A stretch of 64,000 nt of DNA from an uncultured Chloroflexia bacterium (GTDB lineage: Bacteria > Chloroflexota > Limnocylindria > Limnocylindrales > CSP1-4): NCBI GenBank assembly GCA_963734535.1, contig CAVTHS010000011.1, forward strand, positions 71,807-135,806. Reading direction: 5' to 3'. Below the pieces are notes generated by a model that was not told the DNA's origin, searched no databases, and was given only the letters and a program-made list of their open reading frames with translations. The position numbers were made by a program, and so were the translations under genes. Below are positions 13,449 through 22,248 of this stretch, piece by piece. How positions within the stretch are numbered: position 1 is the first letter of the stretch; the number at the start of each line of letters is the position of its first letter.

Positions 13449-13555
13449 TATTCCGTCGGCAGCCGGTGGTTCCCCGGGGCGACCCGATCTTTCAGCCCTG
13501 GGCACGAGGGCAGGACCACGGCTCGTCTCTACCCCGCAGGCGCTTCACCTGCCCT

Positions 13556-13590
13556 GGACAGGGCCGACTGATCGCGGGTCGGTCCTGTCC
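13556..13590. terminator. GC-rich hairpin between convergent genes (PT-repeat gene and pntB)
   Basis: GGACAGGGCCGAC-TGATCGCGG-GTCGGTCCTGTCC forms a 13-bp stem with one mismatch. There is no U-tract on either side. Confidence 0.35.
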
Positions 13591-13632
13591 CCGCACCCGA
13601 CCGCACCGTGACGCGGGCGCTTCTCGGCCGGC

Positions 13633-15069
13633 TCAGAGCGCCTTGACGGCCGCGACCAGCTGGCCCAGGCCGTCCTTCGCATCGGCGAAGAGCATGCCCG
13701 TCTTGGGATTGCCGTAGAGCTCGTTGTCGATGCCGGCGTAGCCGCGGCCCATCGACCGCTTGATGACCACGATCGACTTCGCGTGGTCCACGTTGAGGAT
13801 CGGCATGCCGGACACCGGGCTGCCGGGCCGTCGGGCGGCCGGGTTCGTGACGTCGTTGGCGCCCACGACGAGCGCGACATCGCAGCGGTCGAATTCCGGG
13901 TTGATGTCGTCCATCTCCTTGAGGAGCGGGTACGGGACGTTCGCCTCCGCGAGGAGGACGTTCATGTGCCCCGGCATCCGGCCCGCAACCGGGTGGATGG
14001 CGTACTTCACGTCCACGCCCTTCGACTCCAGCAGCTCCCCGAGCTCCCGGCAGGCATGCTGCGCCTGGGCCACCGCGAGGCCGTAACCCGGCACGATGAT
14101 GACGCTCGACGCGTACGCCATCTGGATCGCCGCATCGTCGGCGGAGACGCTGCGAACCTGCGTCGCGCCACCGCCGGCCGACCCGACCGTGCCCTCGCCG
14201 CCGCCGAATCCGCCGACCATGATGTTCAGGATCGAGCGGTTCATCGCGTCGGCCATCAGCTTCGTGAGGATGCCGCCGGAAGCGCCGACGAGCGCCCCCG
14301 AGATGATCAGGACCGGGTTGATCAGCACGAACCCGGCCATCGCGACCGCCGTGCCGGTGAACGCGTTGAGGAGCGAGATCACGACCGGCATGTCGGCCCC
14401 GCCGATCGGCAGGACCATCGTGACGCCGAACACGCAGGCCGACGCGATGATCAGGGCGAGGACGAGGATCGAGACCGTCCCGTCGAGCCCCAGCGTGCCG
14501 TTGGCGGCGAGGACGAGGACCACGGTCGCAACCACCGCCACGATCGCGAGGACGATCGTGAGGATGCGCGAGCCGGGGAAGATGATCGGCTTGCCGCTGA
14601 TCAGGCCCTGGAGCTTGCCCGAGGCGATCAGCGATCCCGTGAACGTCACGGAGCCGATCACGACGTCCAGCACGGTGAAGATCGTCGTGGAGACGCTGGC
14701 CGTCTGGCCGGCGCCGGCGATCCGCACGAAGTCGTCGATGGCGACGAGCGCGGCCGCGCCGCCGCCCACCGCGTTGAAGAGCGACACCAGCTGTGGCATC
14801 GCGGTCATCTTCACGGTGCGCGCGGTGTAGAGGCCGAGGCCGCCGCCGACGGCGAAGCCGACCACGATGACGACCCAGCCGACGACGCTCACGCCGCCGG
14901 GGCGGGTGACCAGGTCGACGAGCGTGGCGCCGACCGCCACGACCATGCCGCCGGCCGACAGCAGGTTGCCGTTGCGGGCGGTCGCCGGCGAGTTCATCAG
15001 GTGGAGCCCGAGCACGAAGCAGGCGGCACCGGCGAGCTGGGCGAGTCGGACGAGGGTCTCGATGTCCAT
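13633..15069 (-). CDS. pntB: NAD(P) transhydrogenase subunit beta
   Basis: The intact 478-aa ORF has a multi-TM N-terminal half and a C-terminal dIII NADP(H) domain: VIIVPGYGLAVAQAQH ... YAIHPVAGRMPGHMNVLLAEANVPY ... VGANDVTNPAA. Confidence 0.95.
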   Translation of the reverse strand: MDIETLVRLAQLAGAACFVLGLHLMNSPATARNGNLLSAGGMVVAVGATLVDLVTRPGGVSVVGWVVIVVGFAVGGGLGLYTARTVKMTAMPQLVSLFNAVGGGAAALVAIDDFVRIAGAGQTASVSTTIFTVLDVVIGSVTFTGSLIASGKLQGLISGKPIIFPGSRILTIVLAIVAVVATVVLVLAANGTLGLDGTVSILVLALIIASACVFGVTMVLPIGGADMPVVISLLNAFTGTAVAMAGFVLINPVLIISGALVGASGGILTKLMADAMNRSILNIMVGGFGGGEGTVGSAGGGATQVRSVSADDAAIQMAYASSVIIVPGYGLAVAQAQHACRELGELLESKGVDVKYAIHPVAGRMPGHMNVLLAEANVPYPLLKEMDDINPEFDRCDVALVVGANDVTNPAARRPGSPVSGMPILNVDHAKSIVVIKRSMGRGYAGIDNELYGNPKTGMLFADAKDGLGQLVAAVKAL

Positions 15070-15080
15070 CGGGGTCCCCG

Positions 15081-15389
15081 TCAGGCCTGCGCGGCGGGCT
15101 TCGGGGCCGCCGGCTTCTTCTTGAACATCTGGAGCATCCGGTCGGTGACCACGTAGCCGCCCACCACGTTCGCGGCTCCGAAGACCATGGCGACGAACGC
15201 CAGCGTGTAGCTGAGCGGGTTGTCTGCTCCCGCCGCGATGATCATGCCGCCCACCAGGACGATCCCGTGGATCGAGTTGGCGCCCGACATCAGCGGTGTG
15301 TGGAGCGTCGCCGGAACCTTCGAGATGACCTCGAAGCCGACGAGGATGGCCAGGACGAAGATCGTGATCTGCGTGAGCAGGTCGGTCAT
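15081..15389 (-). CDS. pntAB: NAD(P) transhydrogenase subunit alpha part 2 (membrane part)
   Basis: The 102-aa product is MTDLLTQITIFVLAILVGFEVISKVPATLHTPLMSGANSIHGIVLVGG ... VVGGYVVTDRMLQMFKKK. An ATGA overlap links it to the pntAA stop at 15386-15389. Confidence 0.9.
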   Translation of the reverse strand: MTDLLTQITIFVLAILVGFEVISKVPATLHTPLMSGANSIHGIVLVGGMIIAAGADNPLSYTLAFVAMVFGAANVVGGYVVTDRMLQMFKKKPAAPKPAAQA

Positions 15390-16549
15390 GCGGTGGGCCC
15401 TCCCGCGGCCGGTGCGGGCGCGAGGAGCTTCGCGGTCGCCGGTTGGACGACCTTCCCGCCGTGGGTGATCAGGACGCCGGCCGTGATCTCCTCGGCCGGG
15501 TCGAGCGCCAGCTGCCCATCCTTCACGAGGTGGAGCAGCAGCGTCTGGAGGTTGCGCGCGTAGAACTGGCTGGCGCTGACGGGAACCGTCGCCGGGAGGT
15601 TGTCCGGCGAGATGATGGTCACCCCGTTCTCCGTCGCGATCGTCTCGCCCGCCTTCGAGAGCTCGCAGTTGCCGCCGAGCGCGCTGGCGGCCATGTCCAC
15701 GATGACCGAGCCGGGCTTCATCGCCAGGACCGCGTCGGCGGTCACCAGGACGGGCGGCTTGCGGCCGGGGATCTGGGCGGTCGTGATCACGACGTCCATG
15801 CCGCCGATCACCGCGTTGAGCTCGGCCTGCTGGGCGGCGCGCTCCTCCGCGGTGAGCTCGCGGGCGTAGCCGCCGGTGCCGGTCGCGTCGATGGCGGTCT
15901 TGAGGGTCACGAACTGGGCGCCGAGCGACTCGGCCTGCTCCTTCGTCTCGGGACGCACGTCGTACGCCTTGACGACGGCGCCGAGCCGTCGCGCGGTGCC
16001 GATGGCCTGGAGCCCCGCCACGCCGATCCCGAGGATCAGCACGTTGGCGGGCTTCGCCGTCCCGGCGGCCGTGGTCAGGAGCGGGAAGTAGCGCCCGAAC
16101 GAGTCGGCCGCGACGATCACGGCCTTGTACCCGGCGATGTTCGCCTGCGACGAGAGGACGTCCATGGCCTGCGCACGGGACAGCGTCCGGGGGATCGCGT
16201 CGAGGCTGATGGCGGTCACGCCCCGGTCGGCCAGCTGCTGCATCAGGCCGGGGTCGATGAGCGGCGTGAGCAGCCCGACCAGCGCCTGGCCGGCACGGAG
16301 CTTCGCAGCCTCCACCTCGGTCGGCTTCTGGACCTTCACGACGCAGTCGGCCTGGGCGTACACGTCGTCGGCGGACACGATCTTGGCCCCGGCCTCCTCG
16401 TAGGCGGTGTCCGGGAAGGCGGCCGCGGTCCCAGCACCGCGCTCGACGAGGATCTCGATACCCGCGGCCTCGAGCTTGGCGAGGGCCTCCGGCACCAGCG
16501 CCACGCGGCGCTCGCCGGGCAGGGTTTCTCTCGGAACGCCGACTTTCAT
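15386..16549 (-). CDS. pntAA: NAD(P) transhydrogenase subunit alpha part 1 (AlaDH/PNT dI domain)
   Basis: The intact 387-aa ORF begins MKVGVPRETLPGERRVALVPEA and contains VLILGIGVAGLQAIGTARRLGAVVKAYDVR (a Rossmann motif). Confidence 0.95.
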   Translation of the reverse strand: MKVGVPRETLPGERRVALVPEALAKLEAAGIEILVERGAGTAAAFPDTAYEEAGAKIVSADDVYAQADCVVKVQKPTEVEAAKLRAGQALVGLLTPLIDPGLMQQLADRGVTAISLDAIPRTLSRAQAMDVLSSQANIAGYKAVIVAADSFGRYFPLLTTAAGTAKPANVLILGIGVAGLQAIGTARRLGAVVKAYDVRPETKEQAESLGAQFVTLKTAIDATGTGGYARELTAEERAAQQAELNAVIGGMDVVITTAQIPGRKPPVLVTADAVLAMKPGSVIVDMAASALGGNCELSKAGETIATENGVTIISPDNLPATVPVSASQFYARNLQTLLLHLVKDGQLALDPAEEITAGVLITHGGKVVQPATAKLLAPAPAAGGPTA

Positions 16550-16910
16550 GTGGGCTCCTGGGGTGAGGGGAAGTGGCTACAGGATACCGTGCGACCATCG
16601 AGGCCGCGAGCATGTCGACGACGATTCAGGCGGTCACCATCGCGACCCGGCGCATGCACATCGTCGGCGCTGCCACCGGCGCGGACCCGGCGCGACCCGG
16701 ACCCGACACGTGCATGGATTGGACACTGCGACCAGTGAGGACCTCCCGGACGCCACGATTGTGCGTCCCATGACCAGATCAACCGCCCGGCGGTCGCGCG
16801 GCGTATCTCGTGACGCAGGATCGCGGGCGGCGCGATCGCCGACGGTCGGAGCGCCCAATCCGTGCACACGACCGAAGGCCGGGCGGCACGCGGCCCAATG
16901 GCATGCCCGG

Positions 16911-17381
16911 TCAGGCCGTCACCATCGCGACGCTGTCGCCCTCGAACGCGGCGATCGCGCGTCGGTAGTCACCTGGAACCGCCACTGGCCGGCGGGTCAC
17001 CACGTCGATCATGACGAGCGTCATGCGCGCGGTGCACATCAGGCGGTGGTCGTCGACCAGGTACGCGGCACCCTCGACGGTCACGCTGCTGTGTCCGATC
17101 CGGGTGGTCCGCACGTGCACGTCGAGCAGCTCGTCGAAGCGTGCCGGCGCCTCGTAGGTGACCTCGAGCGACCGCATGACGAACTCGCGCTCTCCCTGCC
17201 AGTACGCCTGGAGCCCAAGGTGCCGGTGATACTCCAGCCGGGCGTTGTCGAAGTAGGGGAGGTAGCGCCCGTAGTAGACGACCCCCTGGGCGTCCGTATC
17301 GGAGAACGACACGCGCGAGAGCGCCGAGTACCGGAATGGCGGGTGCTTGTCGGAGAGCCGCCCGGTCTCGAGATTCGTCAC
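16911..17381 (-). CDS. acyl-CoA thioesterase, 4HBT/YbgC-like hotdog fold
   Basis: FRYSALSRVSFSDTDAQGVVYYGRYLPYFDNARLEYHRHLGL ... VTYEAPARFDELLDVHVRTTRIGHSSVTVEGAAY is typical of the YbgC/FadM family. GTG 17381 was chosen because the longer ORF (to 17690) adds only Arg/Pro-rich sequence. Confidence 0.75.
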   Translation of the reverse strand: MTNLETGRLSDKHPPFRYSALSRVSFSDTDAQGVVYYGRYLPYFDNARLEYHRHLGLQAYWQGEREFVMRSLEVTYEAPARFDELLDVHVRTTRIGHSSVTVEGAAYLVDDHRLMCTARMTLVMIDVVTRRPVAVPGDYRRAIAAFEGDSVAMVTA

Positions 17382-17552
17382 GCGCGGATCGTACGCCGGG
17401 CGCGGCGAGGGGCGGGCGGGCTGCGGCGAGCGGCGCGATGGCGGTGGACGGCGGCGCGACGGGGGGCGCGCCGCGGGCGACGGCCCGCGCGTCAGCTGGC
17501 GGCGCCCGCGCGGGCGGTCCGGTGACGAGCGCGGAAGGCGTGTTCCCGCAAC

Positions 17553-17788
17553 ATCGCACGTGAAGTGAACACCGATGGCGCGGGCGCGAGTCCGGCGGGC
17601 ACGCCGGCTGTGAACGCCGCGCGGGCGGACCCGTCCTCGCCCTTCCACGCTCCACCCAGCCCGTCGCCCGTCGTGGGAGATCCGATCCACCGGAATCGAC
17701 CGGTCGCCGGCCTCGCGGTCAGCGCCAGCACCGCTCCGAGCCGCCGGGAGTCGACTCGAACGGTCGGCATGTGCACTTCACGTGCGAT
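17553..17788. repeat. 19-bp inverted repeat pair (18/19 identical) flanking a 198-bp spacer upstream of tRNA-Arg
   Basis: 17553-17571 reads ATCGCACGTGAAGTGAACA. The reverse complement of 17770-17788 reads ATCGCACGTGAAGTGCACA. Each arm contains CACGTG. Confidence 0.8.
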
Positions 17789-17887
17789 TCCGCGGGCGAG
17801 TGGCGAGCCGTCGCGCCGCTGGTCGATGAACGCCGGCCCTCGAGGCGGCGCGGAGATCGACGCCCTTCTGCGCTACGCTGTTGGTCC

Positions 17888-17963
17888 GCGCCCGTAGCTC
17901 AGTGGATAGAGCATCTGACTTCGGATCAGACGGTCGGGGGTTCGAATCCCTCCGGGCGCGCCA
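17888..17963 (+). tRNA. tRNA-Arg, anticodon TCG, CCA encoded
   Basis: Manual cloverleaf: acceptor GCGCCCG/CGGGCGC, D stem GCTC/GAGC, anticodon stem TCTGA/TCAGA with loop CTTCGGA (anticodon TCG), 5-nt variable loop, T arm GGGGG-TTCGAAT-CCCTC, discriminator G, CCA. Confidence 0.95.
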
Positions 17964-18309
17964 CACCAACCTGATTGGGAGCCGTCGCCGACGCGATGAG
18001 CGGTAGGTACTCCCCACGGGCGAGCTTCGTCCGCGACGACCCTGTCGTCGCGGACCTGACCTCAGCGGACAGCCCGCAGCGATCTCAGCTCGCTCCGGCG
18101 GCGTGGCCTTCGCCCATCGGCCGCCGAGGTCGGCTCGGAGACGCGCCGCGCGCCCGAGGACCGCCGCGGTCTAGGTCGGCTGGGGCATCCCGCCGCTTAA
18201 GGACGCGATCACGGCCCGCTTGCGCCCGACGTGCGTCCGACGTGCTCCTGTACGGCGTCGACCCGCAGCTGCGCTCGCGTCTTGAGATCTCGCGGATCAC
18301 GCCCCGTGC

Positions 18310-18786
18310 TCAGTCGCCTCGCTGCGCCTTCGGCTCGTGCCAGAACGGCGCGAGGGCCTCCGCGACCGCCCGCTGCTGATCGGGCGTCAGACGTCGGCCG
18401 AACTCCCGCTCGATGACTGGGAGATGGGCCGCAAATCCCCGTTCGTGAGCCCGGAGCCCCTCCGGCGTCAGCTCCACGCGCACGCCGCGACGATCACCCT
18501 TTACCCGCTCGCGATGCACGTACCCGGCGGCTTCCATGCGGTCGATGAGCCGGGTGATGCCGCTTCGCGTGAACAGCGACCGCTCCTGGATCTCCTGTAT
18601 GCGCAGCCCGTGCTCCGGCGAGTCGTAGAGCTGCGCCAGCACGTCGAGCCAGCTGAGTGGGTAACCGACCTTGGCGACCAGATCCGGCTCGGCGACCTGG
18701 AGCACCCTGGCGTTCGCGAACAAGACTCCCCGCCACGCATCAGCCCAGGAGTCCTCCGGCCGGCTCGGGTCCTCATCGGGGTCCAT
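18310..18786 (-). CDS. MarR-family transcriptional regulator
   Basis: The 158-aa product starts at ATG 18786. The winged HTH region is LSWLDVLAQLYDSPEHGLRIQEIQERSLFTRSGITRLIDRMEAAGYVHRERVKGDRRGVRVELTPEG. Confidence 0.85.
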   Translation of the reverse strand: MDPDEDPSRPEDSWADAWRGVLFANARVLQVAEPDLVAKVGYPLSWLDVLAQLYDSPEHGLRIQEIQERSLFTRSGITRLIDRMEAAGYVHRERVKGDRRGVRVELTPEGLRAHERGFAAHLPVIEREFGRRLTPDQQRAVAEALAPFWHEPKAQRGD

Positions 18787-18839
18787 ACCCCAAGTGTACG
18801 AGATAGAGTCTGCTGCTGCAATCACTGTTGGGATGGTCA

Positions 18840-18867
18840 TTGACAAGTCAGCTATTGCTGTTACAGT
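18840..18867 (+). promoter_or_regulatory. candidate promoter in the MarR/ABM divergent region
   Basis: TTGACA at 18840-18845, a 16-nt spacer, then TACAGT at 18862-18867 (TAnnnT). The segment is locally AT-rich, about 60 nt upstream of the ATG at 18929. Confidence 0.35.
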
Positions 18868-18928
18868 CACTGACGGAGCACACACACCGGTCGTCCCGCC
18901 GGAACGGCTCCAGCATCGGAGGCTCGCG

Positions 18929-19198
18929 ATGGCCACCTTGTTCGTCCGCCACCAGGTCGCGGACTACGCAGCCTGGCGCCGCGTCTACGACGCAGCGAAG
19001 CCGAAGCAGGAAGCGGCCGGCGTGCTTGCTGCCGCCATCTACCGCTCGGTCGACGATCCCAACGAGCTGACCGTCTCTCATGACTTCGACACGCTGGAGG
19101 CTGCGCGCGCCTGGGCGGCGAGCGCCGAGCTGCACGCGGCGATGCAGTCCGCCGGCGTCGTCGGCGCCCCGACAGTCTGGTTCACGAATCGAGCCTGA
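18929..19198 (+). CDS. small ABM/Dabb-like (ferredoxin-fold) protein, function unknown
   Basis: GGAGG is 6 nt upstream of the ATG. The 89-aa product is MATLFVRHQVADYAAWRRVYDAAKPKQEAAGVLAAAIYRSVDDPNELTVSHDFDTLEAARAWAAS. The gene is divergent from MarR. Confidence 0.55.
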   Translation: MATLFVRHQVADYAAWRRVYDAAKPKQEAAGVLAAAIYRSVDDPNELTVSHDFDTLEAARAWAASAELHAAMQSAGVVGAPTVWFTNRA

Positions 19199-19284
19199 CC
19201 GGCCCCCGACAAACCACACCCGGATTCGACGAGCACCCCCGGGCATGTCTGCCCGTCGAGCGGCTCCGCTTCCGACCGGACAAG

Positions 19285-19318
19285 CGTGAGAGCCACCCGG
19301 TCGAGGGTGGCTCTCACG
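19285..19318. terminator. hairpin between convergent genes (ABM-like gene and EAL gene)
   Basis: CGTGAGAGCCACCC-GGTCGA-GGGTGGCTCTCACG forms a perfect 14-bp stem. Confidence 0.5.
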
Positions 19319-19517
19319 GACTCTGTTGAGCGCCAGGCATGCGGCGAAGCTTCCGCACCGTATTCCACGTCCCACCGCATGCCCTGAAACAGCTTGACCC
19401 CATGGGAACGAGGCCACGCTGGCCGTGGTCCCCGGTTCCGAATGACCTCCTGCCTGCGCCGGTTCCGTTATCGGCGAGTGTCCGCAATCGTGAAGTTGGT
19501 CGCGAAGCGCAGCCGCG

Positions 19518-21662
19518 TCACCTGCTGCCCGCAGGGAGCGGCCGACCGAGTAGGTAGCCCTGGCCCAGGCGGATGTCGAGTGTTTGAAGGGTCGCGCGCT
19601 CGGCTTCTGTCTCGATCCCCTCCGCGATCAGACGGCAATGGATTGCACCGACGAAGTGGCTCAGGCCGACGATCAGGGCCTGCCGCGCGGGGTCGGCGTC
19701 GAGACCAGCCACGATCGACCGATCGACCTTCACGAAGTCCGGGCGCAGCTCCAGGATATGGCGGAGGCTGGCGAACCCTGCCCCCGCGTCATCGACCGCG
19801 AGCTCGACTCGCGGTCGCAGGTCGGCGACGGTCGCGTGGAACAGCGCGTAATCGGCGATTGCCGCGTGCTCGGTGATCTCGAGCACGACATGGCGGTCGG
19901 TCGTCGGGAGGAGACGCCGAAGCGCGTCCCCTGCCTCGATGAACTCAGGGGACGTGTTCACGTTGATCCATGGCCCACGTGGCAGTGCCGTCGCCGCGGC
20001 CAGCGCCATTTCGAGGGTCACGGCCTCGAGATCGAGGCCCAGGCCGATTGCGCCGGCTTCCTCGAATCGGAGGTCTGGCGGCACCTCGTCGTCGAAGCGG
20101 GTGAGGGCCTCGAAGCCGACGATGGCATTCGTCCGCAGATCGACGATCGGCTGGAAGACCGGGTGGAACTGGTGCCGTTCGATGATGGTTCCGATCAACT
20201 CCCGAGCTCGACCCGTCGCCGTGCGTGCCGCGACGTCGCGCCCGATCAACGCGGCTGCCAGGTCGGCGAACTCGACGACGGTGCCCAACGAGTCGGTCAG
20301 CTCCGCCTCCGAGACCCCGGCTGCAGCGTTGACCGCGAGCAACCCGATGAGGTTTCCGTCCCAGCGGATCGGCGCGTAGGCGACCAGCTCGACGCCGAGC
20401 CCCATCAACAGCCTGTTGTACGGGTGCGACCGCCGGTTGACCCAGGGCTCGATCCAGGGGCCCTCGAGAGCCCGTCCCCGAAGGTGCTGGCTGCGCTGGC
20501 GGGGCAGGCGCCGGAGCGGAGCGTCAGCCTGCCCCTGTACGGCTATTCCAATGGGCATCGCCCGCCCGTCAAGCCCGAAGATGAACAGCTTCGCGACGGT
20601 CACGAACAACAGGTTGAGCACCTGGTGACAGATCGCCTGCGCCGTCGTTTCGACGGTGTCGCTCGGTCGGATGGACCGGATGATCCCGCCGATCAGGGCC
20701 CGCTCCCGGGCCCGCACGGCCGACCGACCCTCGAGCGCGCGCTTCTCGGTCACGTCGCGCTTCACCGCCACGAAGCTAATGAGCGCACCCGCGTCGTCCC
20801 GGACGGGGGAGATGAAGGCCTCCTCGGTGAAGATCGAGCCATCCTTCCGCCGGCTGACCAGGTCCGCGGCCCACGGGACGCCGCTGAGCAGGGCCGCCCA
20901 CATCGCCTGATACGAGGCAGCCGGCTGGGTTTCGCCGTCGAGGATCCGGTCGTGCTTGCCGACGACCTCGTGGCGCGAATAGCCGGTCGCGCGCTCGAAG
21001 GCGGGGTTGACGTAGGTGATCAGCGCCTCGAGATCCGTGATGACCACGGATTCGCGGATCTGGTCGACGACCGCCGACAGGGGATCACGATCCGCCTGCA
21101 GCGACGAGCGTTCCGTCCGGTCAAGGCCGATCCCCGCGACGTTGGTTCGTCCGCCCTGACCGGCCACCGGAAAGGTGATGACGAGGAAGTCATGCGGCCC
21201 GTCCTCGAACGGCATGACCTGCGAGCGAAGATGCATGGCCCCGGTCCGCATGACCGTGAGGTCATCTGCCCGGATTCGTGGGGCGGCGTCGGGCCAGAGT
21301 TGCTCGTCGGTCCTGCCGCGCAAACCGCCCTCGATCGAGCTGCCGAGGTGCTCGACCAGGAACGCGTTGACGTAGATATATCGGCCGTCCGGGTCCTTCA
21401 CGAAGCCGACGGCTGGTGTCGCGGCCATCAGAGCCTCGAACGAAGTGGCAACGCCCGCGCCCTCGAGGTTCTCGCGGGCGGCGTCGGATGCCTGCTCGTC
21501 GTCGGGACTGACCGGCGCCGCGTGGAGCCTTGGCGGGTCCTTGCTCTTCCTCACTCGGCACTCCGCGCTCGAACGCGATCCGCTGAACTCCGGCAGCGGG
21601 CCACCCTGAACAAGGCTGCCACGCAAATTGCCCCATTTCATTACGGCCCGTAATGGCAGCAT
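19518..21662 (-). CDS. PAS-PAS-GAF-EAL signalling protein (c-di-GMP phosphodiesterase type, no GGDEF domain)
   Basis: There are two PAS-like modules (GFVKDPDGRYIYVNAFLVEHLG; SVVITDLEALITYVNPAFERATGYSRHEVVGKH) and a GAF-like region. The EAL-domain motifs are FQPIVDL ... GFEALTRF, NVNTSP, LEITEH, DDAGAGFASL, KVDRS, EGIETE and GQGYLLGRP. The start is uncertain and could be an internal Met. Confidence 0.85.
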   Translation of the reverse strand: MLPLRAVMKWGNLRGSLVQGGPLPEFSGSRSSAECRVRKSKDPPRLHAAPVSPDDEQASDAARENLEGAGVATSFEALMAATPAVGFVKDPDGRYIYVNAFLVEHLGSSIEGGLRGRTDEQLWPDAAPRIRADDLTVMRTGAMHLRSQVMPFEDGPHDFLVITFPVAGQGGRTNVAGIGLDRTERSSLQADRDPLSAVVDQIRESVVITDLEALITYVNPAFERATGYSRHEVVGKHDRILDGETQPAASYQAMWAALLSGVPWAADLVSRRKDGSIFTEEAFISPVRDDAGALISFVAVKRDVTEKRALEGRSAVRARERALIGGIIRSIRPSDTVETTAQAICHQVLNLLFVTVAKLFIFGLDGRAMPIGIAVQGQADAPLRRLPRQRSQHLRGRALEGPWIEPWVNRRSHPYNRLLMGLGVELVAYAPIRWDGNLIGLLAVNAAAGVSEAELTDSLGTVVEFADLAAALIGRDVAARTATGRARELIGTIIERHQFHPVFQPIVDLRTNAIVGFEALTRFDDEVPPDLRFEEAGAIGLGLDLEAVTLEMALAAATALPRGPWINVNTSPEFIEAGDALRRLLPTTDRHVVLEITEHAAIADYALFHATVADLRPRVELAVDDAGAGFASLRHILELRPDFVKVDRSIVAGLDADPARQALIVGLSHFVGAIHCRLIAEGIETEAERATLQTLDIRLGQGYLLGRPLPAGSR

Positions 21663-21936
21663 GAACCCGAAGGTCCCCGAGGATCCCCCACGCCCAGCCT
21701 CGTAGGCCCTCCCGGCGGGTGACTGGCCACCGCCCGGGCGGGTATCGAACGCCGACGCCTACCAGCCGGCCATCGAGTCTCGCTCCGTGGACTTCGATGG
21801 CACCCGGATAGCTCCGGAACCCGGACCAGAGAAACGGTCTGAGCACGCGCAGCCGCCGACGCGGGGTGCCACCGAGTAGGTGGCTGAACGCTGGCTCGTC
21901 CCCGGAGGCATCGGTCGTGTTGTTCGCGCGTGTCCG

Positions 21937-22239
21937 GCACCCTCCGGGCGCCACGACAACCTGAGGCAACGCGAGGGCCAGGCGTTCGGATAGGCGGCGC
22001 GCGTCAGGCGTCTCGCGACGATCGACCGCCCTGACGACGATGCGCTCGTAGATCGCGTGCAGCAGGTCGGCCTTAACCTCGGGGACGTCGGCATTGACCC
22101 ACGTGTCGGCCAGCACCCGCAGCCACTCCACCGCCCGTTTCGCGGGCAGATCGCCACGCGGGCTCCAGACTGACGTACCCGGTGAGATCCTCCACGCGAG
22201 GGATTTACTCGCGCGCCCCGAAGATCCGCGCGGGAGCAC
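21937..22239 (-). pseudogene. C-terminal remnant of a site-specific (serine-type) recombinase, N-terminally truncated and frame-damaged
   Basis: AKRAVEWLRVLADTWVNADVPEVKADLLHAIYERIVV ... LALALPQVVVAPGG resembles the conserved tail of actinobacterial recombinase-family proteins (…W…ll..iyerI.v…LALALP.vv). The tail is translated from the att-like copy of the tRNA 3' end. No catalytic domain is present. Confidence 0.35.
21940..21954. repeat. direct copy of the tRNA-Arg 3' end (att-like)
   Basis: CCCTCCGGGCGC at 21940-21951 is identical to tRNA positions 17948-17959. With a 2-nt gap, the following CACGACAAC matches CACACCAAC after the tRNA at 7 of 9 positions. Confidence 0.6.
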
Positions 22240-22248
22240 ACTTCACAC

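Noticed and set aside
12953-13519. Minus-strand ORFs rich in GVGVG/GLAS repeats, opposite the PT-repeat gene.
   Set aside because: They are the reverse-complement reading of the (ACG CCN)n repeat. The plus-strand frame has a TM segment and a plausible start, so the minus frames are treated as shadows.
16550-16910. A possible regulatory RNA in the 360-nt region upstream of pntAA.
   Set aside because: I saw no recognisable motif, strong hairpin or promoter consensus.
18085-18300. A tyrosine-integrase remnant next to tRNA-Arg, as a feature.
   Set aside because: Only about 25 residues (PRDLKTRAQLRVDAVQEHVGRTS) resemble the integrase C-terminus, and the catalytic His/Tyr are not identifiable. 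It is mentioned only as supporting context in the islet finding.
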